Assembly (NCBI GenBank): GCA_977017645.1
Contig: OZ360220.1
Location: 311,240,001-311,304,000, forward strand
Origin: Torpedo marmorata
Lineage: Eukaryota
DNA: 64,000 bases
Direction: 5' to 3'
Part shown: positions 51,086-61,598 of the stretch, piece by piece
How positions within the stretch are numbered: the first letter of the stretch is position 1
How the letters are laid out: each line of letters opens with the position of its first letter
Made by a program: the position numbers and the translations under genes
Notes under the pieces: model-generated
Seen by the model: only the letters and a program-made list of their open reading frames with translations
What the model was told of the DNA's origin: nothing
Databases searched by the model: none

Positions 51086-51726
51086 TATTACGGTGACTTC
51101 GATCCAACAATAGTCACCTGGAGGCTAAGTGAGATACTTGTCTTTGACGCGTTTTAATTAATTTACTAACAAAGTCCAATATGTTCAAAACCTTTATTTA
51201 CATAAGTGACTTGCAGTAATCTTCAATGACTTTAATATAAACAGTTCTTGTAAACGATGTATGATGAGTTCCTTTAAATAATTCTTTAAACAATTCCAAA
51301 ACGATATGAAACACTGTAGAACGATGTAAAAGTTATAAAAACGATAAAAAAACGGTCAATAAAGATGTGGAGACCTCCCTCACCCTCCAAACATCTTATT
51401 CCTTTCGTTTTTTCTATCTCTATTCTTGATTTGCGCATGCCCATTAGCTCCTAAACCACTGCGCATCCTACCCCGTGCATACTACATTTCCCAGACTGCA
51501 ACGCGCACAATGACGTCACTGCGCACGTGCCCGTCGGTACTCCTGCGCATGCGCAGAGCAAAGAACGGGCCGACGACGGCCTACAGAACAACGCGAGCGC
51601 TCCATGGCCCGACGTGGCCTCGGAGCGCTCCGAGGACGGCCTACAGAACAACGCGAGCGCTCCAAGGCCCGACGAGACATCGGAGCGCCGCAACAACGGT
51701 AAGTTAACGAGCCTACGGCTCTTACA
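51086..51726 (-). repeat. 5' LTR of the BEL/Pao element
   Basis: Copy of 45703-46350, flanked by TSD CCATG at 51727-51731. Confidence 0.92.
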
Positions 51727-52760
51727 CCATGGAAATGGCCATCGCAACCATGGCACAGAATTCACATTGATTTCGCTGGTCCATTTATGGGAGAAAACTT
51801 CCTCATTGTTGTCGATGCACACTCTAAATGGCCACTGGTATCCCACAGGAAAAAAACAACAACAGACTAGACCATTGAAAGACTACGAAGTATATTTGCG
51901 TTATATGGATTGCCTATTGAACTCGTTTCCGATAATGGTCCACAATTTGTATCGGATGCTTTTAAAGTATTCCTACGTAATAATAATATACGACATGTCT
52001 TATCTTCACCCTACCACCCCAGCACTAATGGAGAAGCTGAACGTTTTGTGCAGACTTTCAAAAAAGCCATGAAAACTAAAAAACTCCTAAACGCATCATG
52101 GAATCACAAAAATCGCAGATTTCCTATTAGGATATAGAAACACGCCGCACTTTACAACCAAAAGAACACCGGCTGAATTAATGTTTGGACGTAACTTAAG
52201 AACAAGACTTTCCACAGTACATCCGAACAACGGCCTTCGCATACAGCAATCCACGTCTCCAAGTAAACCTACCAGATCTCTAGAAGCGGGAGAGCGAGTA
52301 CTGGTACGGGATTACCGAGACTCCAAAGAGCCGTGGATAAGAGGGGTTATTCTTAAAAAACTAAGTCCCTGTTCTATGGAAACGACACATCGACCAGTTA
52401 AGAGCAGTAGATGATCCTATGGCCATGCCTTCGGCTCAAGATCCCGATGAGCTTCCAGATGAAATTCCCTGGGCTCCAGAAATATCCGTGAGAAGGGAGA
52501 CCCCTTCTCAACCAAGTAGCCCTCAACAGACCCCTCCTCAACCAAGAGGCCCTCAACAGACCAGTCCTCTTCAACAACCCAGTCCTATACAACAGCCGAG
52601 TGAGGTTCACCAAAGATCAAGTTCACAGTCCTTGCCACCAACCGAGGTACCACACCAAAAGGCGAAGAGTCCGCAAAATATCCCGACAGAGTCGACCTCT
52701 CTGAGACGATCAAAACGGGAAAAACGTCCGCCAGAATGACTGAAAGACTATGTTCAGTAA
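51727..52760 (+). pseudogene. Mag integrase core and C-terminus (frameshifted)
   Basis: PWKWPSQPWHRIHIDFAGPF resumes across the BEL insertion; LVSDNGPQF, PYHPSTNGEAERFVQTFK. Confidence 0.9.
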
Positions 52761-52887
52761 TTCAACATTTTATCATTTTTATACTTACATTACATTGTAA
52801 TTGTAATCACCATTCGTCTAGAGGCACCATGTATTACGCTTAAATACTGCACCCACACATGGTTATTGCAGTTTATTATAAATACTG

Positions 52888-52937
<50 letters not shown>
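52888..52937. repeat. (CA)n(TA)n microsatellite in the Mag 3' UTR
   Basis: Read directly from the sequence. Confidence 0.9.
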
Positions 52938-52941
<4 letters not shown>

Positions 52942-53819
52942 CAAACATTTATTTTGTGGGGGGGGGAAAGAGTGTTATGTATACGCCTACAGGCGTATGA
53001 CGTCATCACGTCAACGTGATGACATTCTGACTGATATATACTGTGTGTGGTGGGAGAACCATTTTCAGATTTGTATTAAACGACTAACGAAGCATCATGC
53101 CTTTATCTGCAGTGTATTTCTTAACATAGAATACATGACAGCTTCCATACCAATTTATTATTTGTACAAGGATTTGTGGAGCAGACTTGCTTTTTAGGTG
53201 CACGGAGGTTATCAGCCCTCACTTCCTCTGGACTCTGCGAGGCCTTCTGATGTATCTTATCCCCCAAAAATTCCCCTTAACACTTTCTTGTTCTGTGTTC
53301 TCTTTTATATCTCTTCCCTTTTTATTTTCTCCTTTCTACTTTTTTTTTTTAGGTTAGTTCAGTGGCGGATAGTTCTGGGGAGGACGTCTCCTTGCTCACA
53401 GCTTCTACACGGCCCACAATTCGCCTCTTTTCTAAGGCAAGTTCAGTGGCGGGCACAGCCCACGAATGGTGGCCTACACCTCACAATGTGGTGGGCATGT
53501 CCCACCGTGGCAGCCTACAACTCAGTGTGGCGGGTACAACCCACTGTGGCAGCCTACTGTTCACCCTAGTGGGGCTAGTGGCGGCCTACAGCTCCTGATT
53601 CGCATAATTTTTTATTTAAAAAAATAAAACTCTTCCCTTCTCTTATTCTCTACTTAGCTTACAACCCCTTAAATTTTAATGTATGTCTCCCAGCCATTCA
53701 TTCCTTAACTCCACGCCTGATTTTTTAAATTCTCAATTATACATGTCGCAGTCGCGTACTTACCTTTGTCGGGAGGAGGAGAGTGAGAGTGTCAGGATCA
53801 CCCGTGTGGCAGTGAGCCA

Positions 53820-54652
53820 ATGACACCACAGTTGTCGGCAGAATCACAAACGGCAATGAGGAAGCGTACAGGAGGGAGATAGATCAGCTCGTTGAATGGT
53901 GTAATGACAACAACCTTGAGCTCAACGTCAGCAAAACCAAGGAGATGATTGTGGACTTGCGGAGGAAGTCAGGGGAACACGACCCAGTCCTCATCGAGGG
54001 CTCAGTAGTGGAGAGGGTCAAGAACTTCAAATTCCTGGGTGTCAACATCTCCGAGGATCTGTCCTGGAGCATCCACGTGGATGCAATCACAAAGAAGGCT
54101 CGTCAGCGGCTATACTTTGTGAGGTGTTTGTGGAGATTCGGTATGTCACCAAAGACTCTTGTAAACTTCTACAGGTGTACCGTGGAGAGCATTCTGGCTG
54201 GTTGCATCACTGCCTGGTATGGCGGCGCCAACTCCCAGGACAAGAGTAAACTCCAGAAGGTTGTTAACTTGGCCTGTGACATCACAGGCACCAAACTTCA
54301 CTCCATCGAGAACATCTACATGAGGCGGTGTCTTAAAAAAGCAGCCTCTATCCTCAAGGACCCCCACCACCCAGGCCATGCTCTCTTCACTCTGCTTCCA
54401 TCGGGGAAAAGGTACAGGAGCCTAAAGACGAGCACTCAACGGCACAAGGACAGCTTCTTCCCCGCTGCCATCAGATTCCTGAATAATCAATGAACCAAAG
54501 ACACTACCTTACTTTTCGTGCACTATTGTTTATAATTTTGTATAGTAATGTCGTTAGATGGTTAATATGAATGTTAATTGCACTATGATGCTGCCGCAAA
54601 ACACCGAATTTCATGACTTGTTCATGACAATAAATTATGATTCTGATTCTGA
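53820..54652 (+). mobile_element. Rex1/Babar LINE 3' fragment inserted in the ERV leader
   Basis: KKARQRLYF...DPHHPGHALF...SFFPAAIR; tail (ATTCTG)n. Confidence 0.88.
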
Positions 54653-54877
54653 TGAGAAGGTCAGAGGAGTTTAGGTCAATGCTGTTACATACACTCACCC
54701 ACAGGAGTCCGTCACTTGCACGAGACCACACCCGGAACTGCTGGACCATGCGGAGCCTCCTTCCCAGACTTTTATGAAAAAGGTGTCTGCTTTCCTCATC
54801 CTAAATTGGCCAGTTAGCTACAGGAAGAACCCCGCAGTCCGTCAGCCTTCTTCCATGGTCTCATCGAGATATTGGAA

Positions 54878-54894
54878 TCCTGGCTGGCTCGCCA
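54878..54894 (-). promoter_or_regulatory. Primer-binding site, tRNA-Arg(ACG)
   Basis: TGGCGAGCCAGCCAGGA, a 17-nt complement of the tRNA-Arg(ACG) 3' end, next to the ERV 5' LTR. Confidence 0.85.
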
Positions 54895-55192
54895 AATTTG
54901 TGTAGGATCGGTGTCGATCCTCGATCCAGGTTATGGGGCGAGGTGCCAATCAACAGTTTACTCTCCTGAGGAATGAAGGACTCGATTCCCTTTATTTGAT
55001 ACACAGGCTTGGGGTAGGTGGGGGGGGGCGGGTGCTGTCACCTCCATAGAGGATCAAGGAGCTCTCCAAACATACAAATGCATGGGTTTAAATTCTCCAA
55101 CGCTATCAGACATTAACCGATCTCAAAACAGTCACCTCCTAGGCAGCAAGCGTTATCCCATCAGCATTAAGCTATGCAATGTCAATCTACAT

Positions 55193-55567
55193 CAGTGGTT
55201 TTCAAACTGCCCCCCTAAACTCACATTCCACCTTAAGCAATCCCTATGCCATAAGTGCTCTGTGATTAGTAAGAGATTGCTGAAGGTGGTATGTGAGTGG
55301 AAAGAAAAAGTTTGAACACCACTGTTTTAATCGTACCTAATTGACTCGTTATGTGCACGGTTTCATAACTCCAAAGGAAATGGGCCAATGACAATTTTTC
55401 TCAAGCAAAATATTTCAGTAACTATTGGGTCTAGAGCAGTGGTTCTCAACCTTCCCTTCCCACTCACATACCACCTTAAGCAATCCCTTACCAATCACAG
55501 AGCACTTATGGCATAGGGATTGCTTAAGGTGGAATGTGAGTTTAGGGGGGCAGTTTGAAAACCACTG
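55193..55567. mobile_element. Non-autonomous hAT-type MITE (composite, about 130-bp inverted arms)
   Basis: CAGTGGTTTTCAAACT termini; 8-bp TSD ATCTACAT at 55185-55192 and 55568-55575. Confidence 0.9.
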
Positions 55568-55920
55568 ATCTACATGATGCACCACATTGTGGACCAATCA
55601 CATAGATGTGTCCCCCTCCTCTAAGGTATTTTTACAGTTCCAATTCCCATAATTCCTGTAAATCACATGATTCTAGGGAGAAACAGGACTGTTGGAAGTT
55701 ATCAGCCAGGATCAGCAACATACATTACAGAGCCTCTCGCTGTCCTTGGTGAGGGCTAATGGAATTTCAGCTTGGCTGTCGTTGCCAAGCAACACATATC
55801 CTGGGCCCACCTCACTGTCTTAAAGTATATGTAACCATCTCAGCATTCTTTCACAAAGCTAAATGGCACATGTAGGCATAATTAAAATTGATCAATCTTC
55901 ATTAGTCTACACGGGGCAGA

Positions 55921-56640
55921 CCACTGGGAGGTATCCGTTATTGCAGTGACAGAGCGAAGGTGCTCAACAAAATGATTTCCCAGTCTCTCCAATGTAGAGG
56001 AGGCCACAACAGGAGCACCAAATGCAGTAGATGACCCCTGCAGATCACGTCAAATTTTGCTTTATTTCAAAGGATTGTTTGGAGCCCCGTATGGTGGTGA
56101 GGAGGGAGATGTGGGCGCAAGTGTAGTATTTCCTGCAGTCACAGGGGAAGCTACTGAGGGGGCGATTAATGGGAAGGGAGTCCCAGAGGTACTGGTTCCT
56201 GTGGAAAGCGGAGAGGGGAAGATGTATCTGGTGGTGGGATCATATTGTACGTGGTGGAAATTGCAGAGGATAATATATTGAATGCGGAGGCTGGTGGGGT
56301 GATAGGTGAGGACAGTGTTCTTGTTGTGTCTAGGGGTGGAGGGGGCCAGGGCAGATGTGCGGAAAATAGAGGAGATGTGGATAAGGGCTGAATTGATGGC
56401 AGTAGAAGGGAAGCCACGTTTTTTTGGGGAAGGAGGACATCTTGGATGATATGGAATAGAAGACCTCGTCCTGGGACCAAATGCGATGGAGGCTGAGGAA
56501 TTGAGAGAAGGGAATAGAATCCTTTCAGGGGACAGAGTGTGAAGAGGTGTAGTCGAGGTAACTGGAGTTGGCAGGTTTGTAGAAAATGTCTGTAGAGAGC
56601 TTGTCTCCCGAGATGGAGACAGAGAGATCAAGAAAGGAAT
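55921..56640 (-). mobile_element. Penelope-like RT-thumb/GIY-YIG remnant
   Basis: KRGFPST...LTYHPT...IILCNF motifs; continuous with 41190-41868. Confidence 0.72.
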
Positions 56641-57388
56641 AAGGAAGTATAATTATTAGGTAAAGTCATTGTATCGTATAGTTTATCGTGCTGCATTTAT
56701 TTTTGTAACACTTCAAAATGTTTGCCTGATTTGATGAGCATTTCCAGCAACTGCTGTTACTTTACAACGAGAGATATCACAATGTGTCATCAGTTGTTTT
56801 TGAAGCAAACCGAGCCCCTGGAGAAATCCCAATGGTCAGTCAATGTTTTGGGTCAGGAACCTCTATCAGGACACCATAAAGGGCCCTGACACAAAAGTTT
56901 TACTGATTATTTCTACATATGGGTGCTGCCTGATCCCCGGAGTTTCTCCAGCAGTTCATTGTTTGCTCGATTCCAGCATCTGCAGGTTTTGTTTTTCTTG
57001 GTTTTATCAGCAGGTTGTTATAATGGTTTCTGCCAGCAGATGTCAGGTCTGCTCTTTACATTGTCATCGGAAAGACACATTATTACTTTTTTGTGCAGAC
57101 CATTCCCATTTCAAGGTTAGGGGAGTAATTTATATCTTAAAAACCTTTACATTTGCCAACTATCAGACAGGAATGAAACTGTAATATAATAGAAATTTGG
57201 ACAGATTAATGGAAAGGAAAGCTGAAACATTACAGCACAGAAGCAGGCCCCTTTGGCCCTTCTAGTCTATGCCAAACCATTTTTCTGCCTAGTCCCACTG
57301 ATTTAGACCCAGTCCATAGCCCTCCATACCTCTCTCATCCATGTACCTGTCCAAATTCTTCTCAAATGTGTTATGAAATAACAAACCC

Positions 57389-57672
57389 ATATAACCATAT
57401 AACATTTACAGCACAGAAACAGGCCAGTTCGGCCCTTCGAGTCCATGCCGAACACATTCTCCCACCTAGCCCCACTGACCCGCACCCGGCCCATAACCCT
57501 CCACACCTCTCTCATCCATATACCTATCCAACTTTTCCTTTAACATTAAAATTGAACCTGCATCTACCACTTCGGCCAGAAGCTCGTTCCACCCTCCCAC
57601 CACCCTCTGAGTGAAGAAATTCCCCCTCATGTTTCCTCTAAACTTTTCCCCCTTCAATCTCAGTCCATGCCC
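57389..57672 (-). mobile_element. CR1 3' end, same subfamily as 25648-29946
   Basis: Near-identical reverse complement of about 29663-29946, including the tail. Confidence 0.88.
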
Positions 57673-57800
57673 TTTAGTACTAACAAAGGAACAGCAATGG
57701 AATATTCACCAGACAATGGTAAATTCAAAAATAGTTTTTTATTTAAACTATTAATAACATAACATATCTTACTTATCTCTAAACTTAACTTAAACCCCAC

Positions 57801-58422
57801 TATAAGTAACGGTGACTTCGCTCCACCAATAGTCACCTGGAGGCTAAGTGTGGTCCTTGCTTTTGACGCGTTTTAATTAATTTACTAACAAAGTCCAGTA
57901 TGTTCAAAACCTTTATTTTCACACATGACTTGCAGTAATCTTCAATGACTTTAATATAGACAGTTCTTGTAAACGATGTATGATGAGTTCCTTTAAATAG
58001 TTCTTTAAACAATTCCAAAACGATATGAAAACACTGTAGAACGATGTAAAAGTTATAAAACGATATAAAACGGTCAATAAAGATGTGGAGACCAGACTCA
58101 CCCTCCTACATCTCTATCCTTTCTTTGTTCTCCCTCTCTAATGGCTCTGCGCATCCTACCCCGCGCATACTACAACTCCCAGCCTCCCACGCGCACAATG
58201 ACGTCACTCCATACTGCGCATGCGCCCGTCGGCACTCCCGCGCATGCGCATATCAAAGAACGGGCCGACGACGGCCCACAGAACAACGCAAGCGCTCCAA
58301 GGCCCGACGTGGCCTCAGAGCGCTCCGAGGACGGCCTGGTGAACAACGCGAGCGCTCCAAGGCCCGACTAGACATCGGAGCGCCGCAACAACGGTAAGTT
58401 AAACGAGCCTACGGCTCTTACA
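57801..58422 (-). repeat. Solo LTR related to the BEL/Pao element at 45703-51726
   Basis: Diverged copy of the BEL LTR; TSD CCCAC (57796-57800, 58423-58427). Confidence 0.88.
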
Positions 58423-60099
58423 CCCACTATGCGCAAATGTAAATGTGTGCGTTAAAGTCCAAACTATTTCAGCTTAAACTTAAATCTGAAAAAGTCAATT
58501 TTTAAAGTCCAGTTTCCAACTTCTTTTGTTGAACTTCAGAATCCCTTTTAAATTGTAATTCAGAAGTGATTATAAAGCAAGAATGGAGCATTCGATTTCT
58601 TTCAAACTCACACGTCTTTTGATGAGTTGTCTTTCAGAGATAGTCTTCATACGATTGTGTTCACAAGTTTCCCCCTATCTTGTTAGGGTTACGGAACTGT
58701 GATCTTTACGATGATTTCTTTCTTAATCATGAGTAACATGCGGTGATGTCCTCTTTTCTTAGAAACAATTTGAAAGTGGTCTTACTTATTTTAGAAGCCA
58801 CTTATATGGTGTATCTGTTATGATAAGGATAATACACAGAAACAGCACCTCCATTCATCCAGAGATCACTTCATAAAATGATTTTGCTTTTCCAGAATAT
58901 CAAAGTTCTTCAATCTGGTGCAGTCTGGTTCAATCTGTCTCAATCTGTTTCAAAATGTCTCTCTGCTTCTTCAGTAATATATCTCTCTGACATCATGTGA
59001 CATTACATCACCACAGTTTTAGTTTCATTTTCAAAAGCATTACCTTATGCCTTTCTTCAAAATCACTTACATCCACAAAAACACCTGACCTCATTTCTGT
59101 TCCAAGATTATATGTGATTACGAGTCCGAATAGTCTGACACATGTCACTCAAATGACACTTGAGTTTGCAACAGCTGCTATCATAAGGCTTTTAAAAACC
59201 ACACATTGTCCTTAAATCACTTAAATGCACTTCTGTTTCATTATTGGCTGTTGTCTTCTTAGACGTGACGACTCCAAACTGAACTCTCTCTGAGTAATGG
59301 GTTTTTCCTGCAAATGTGCTGTGACCTGTGTGTGACCCTGTACCAGCCCACAACTAACCTTACTAAGATATTTAATTCTATAACTTAACTTTAAATATTA
59401 ATATTAACATTAACACATCCATTACAAATGTTAAAATTGAGCCCGCATTCACGACTTCAGCTGGCAGCTTGTTCCACACTCCCACCACTCACTGTGTGAA
59501 GATGTTCCCCCTAAATTTTTCCCCTTTCACCCTAAATCCATGTCCTCTAGTTTGTATCTCTCCTACCCTCAGTGAAAAAAGCCTACCTTTATTTACTCTG
59601 TCTATCCCCCTCATAATTTTAAATACCTCTTTCAAATCTCCCCTCATTCTTCTACGCTGAAGGGAATAAAGTCCAAACCTGTTTAATCTTTTCCTGTAAC
59701 TCAGTTCCTGAAGTCCGGGCAACATCCTAATAAATCTTCTCTGCACTCTTTCCATCTTATTGATCTTTCCTGCAGTTAGGTGACCAAAACTGCACACAAT
59801 ACTCCAAAGTTAGTCTCACCAATGTCTTATACAACTTTACCATAACATCCCAACTCCTAAACTCAATACTTTGACTTATGAAGGCCAATATGCCAAAAGA
59901 TCTCCTTTCCTTTTTCAATCTTTTTAATTGATTTTTATAAGAAATACAATACAATGAAGAAAAGGGATCGAAACTGAAAATACATTATATGTATATATAT
60001 TAAAATAAAACTTCAAACAGTATAAATTTGATCCCCCGTCCACTGCAATAGGTGACAATGAAAAAACCATCAAAAGTATTATATATATATATATATATA

Positions 60100-61598
60100 A
60101 ATAAGTAAACAGAAAAGCACACTACTCACATGTGCCCGACAAGCTTGTTTCGTGGATCTTTCCACTCTTCAGGGGTAGTTGCTGTAAGGGATACCTCGGT
60201 TATATAGTAAGGGGTCTGGTATGTGAGTCAAATTAGGTGTTAATGGTAGACAGTGGTGTTTTGTTCAATTGGTGCCGAGTATTTAATTGCTGCATAGCAA
60301 TGCTTTGTTTCTGTGTGGACATGAAGCTCCTAGTTCATTACGCTTGTTTAGGGATGATATGTTGGTGTTGCAAATAATTAGAAGCTTTTCTTTCAAGCAG
60401 AGGTTGCATCGCTTGCTAGAACTATTGTATGCAGGGTTTGATGAAAGTATGTTCCATGAGAGGGAATAGTCTATGTTTTCGTCCTTTAGTTTCCAAATAT
60501 GTTTACTGAGTTCCGTTGCGTTCCTGTGTTTCTTGTGGCGGAATGAGGCAGTGTGGTTATTATATCTTGTTTTGAACGTGTTTTCTGTTAGTCCAATATA
60601 TGTTTCGGTGGTATTGTTGTCCTTGCGGGTTACAGTGGCTTGATAGATTACCGATGATTGAAGGCACTTGCCGTTGAGTGGGCATTTTGCCTTAGGTCGG
60701 CAGTTACACATTTGATTCCTTGTTTCGTTAATGTTATGATTTTTTAGTTGGTATAAGATACGCTTATTGTGGTTGTCGATTATCTGCGTGGTGTTGTTCA
60801 TGCAGCTGTAACTGATTTTGACGGTGTTACGGTTGAGGATCTTGTGTAGGCAGTGGTCATCCGGGAAGTGTTTATCTATGAGTCGGAGGAATATTTGTCC
60901 AATTTTGGTTTTGACATTCATACTGTAGGGTGGGTTGTACCATAGTATGTTGTTTCTTTTCCGATTTCTGTGCCTTGTATTTGTTGCGGGTTCGTAGTGG
61001 AGTGTGTATTTGTATCCATTTTGATCGAGTGCCTTCTGGTAGGGTGGTGCGGCTCTGTCAAATGATGCTCTGTCAGATGAAAGTAATGACAGTCTTCTAT
61101 TTATACCGGCAGGTATATTTTTTGTTATGGTGGGTGGGTGGTTACTTTCACGGTGTACGTATTTAAGCTGGGTATTAGGTTTTGTGTATGGCTGGTAGGT
61201 GCTATTGTTTAAATTGAACGTTACGTCCAAGAAGTCGGTAACCTTTTTATTGGCGGCAATGGTAATTCGTAGTTCATGGTTTTTGAAGATTCGGCAAATG
61301 TTCTTCTTTATATTCTCAGTGTCTCTTGGTGATACATGGGTAGTTGCTAGCCCGTCATCTCTGTACAGCCCGACATTGATGTTTAGATCTTGTAGCTAGG
61401 ATAGAAGGTAACTTCCCACGAGTTCGCAGGTCTCTGCTCCATCATAACTGCCCATGGTCACGTCAAACGCTGTATTGCCTTTCTTCTGCCATGATTGTTG
61501 GTTATGCGTGAGTATCGATTTTTTTGCGTGGATGATAATGTTGCGCTCCTGGTCGGATATGTTGTTGTATGCTGATGCGAAATCCAGTGCTTTGTTTA
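60100..61598 (-). mobile_element. 5'-truncated Penelope-like element, Hydra-type (RT plus C-terminal GIY-YIG), inserted in (TA)n
   Basis: [14 protein letters not shown] and LYRDDGL RT; CNCRPKAKC (CxCx5C) linker; VIY...YIG endonuclease; KRCNLCLKEK. One premature stop at 61396. (TA)n on both sides. Confidence 0.85.
60135..60175 (-). ncRNA. Minimal type I hammerhead ribozyme
   Basis: CCC CTGAAGA GTGGA-AAGA-TCCAC GAAA C-AAGCTT-G TC GGG: complete catalytic core, 5-bp stem II, palindromic loop III. Confidence 0.82.

Larger units (their letters stand above)
45703..51726 (-). mobile_element. Non-autonomous BEL/Pao LTR element inserted into the Mag integrase
   Basis: LTRs at 45703-46350 and 51086-51726 (about 10 substitutions and one 7-bp indel by eye); 5-bp TSD CCATG; PPT AGGGGCCGG; BEL gag and protease; integrase-tail relic; no RT. 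Confidence 0.92.
42330..53140 (+). mobile_element. Full-length, decayed Mag-clade Ty3/Gypsy retrotransposon
   Basis: Short LTRs at 42330-42495 and 52973-53140; 5-bp TSD GCTTC; tRNA-Ser PBS; PPT at 52958-52972; gag with two CCHC knuckles, then PR, RT, RH, IN. Confidence 0.93.
41869..55911 (-). mobile_element. Internally deleted class I (gamma/epsilon-like) endogenous retrovirus remnant
   Basis: 5' LTR at about 54901-55911; 17-nt tRNA-Arg PBS; gag matrix with WPENGTF; 3' LTR R/U5 remnant at 41869-41994 similar to 54901-55008. Hosts Mag, Rex and hAT insertions. Confidence 0.75.
57369..59426 (-). mobile_element. Solo LTR family A, copy 2, with nested CR1 tail and BEL solo LTR
   Basis: TGTTATG...ATTACA with TSD AATG (57365-57368, 59427-59430); similar to 251-1370 plus 8170-8228. 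Confidence 0.88.
57225..59900 (-). mobile_element. CR1 3' fragment (57225-57368 and 59427-59900) hosting solo LTR A copy 2
   Basis: LVRLTLEYCVQFWSP, TRGHG; contiguous across the AATG TSD. Confidence 0.82.
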
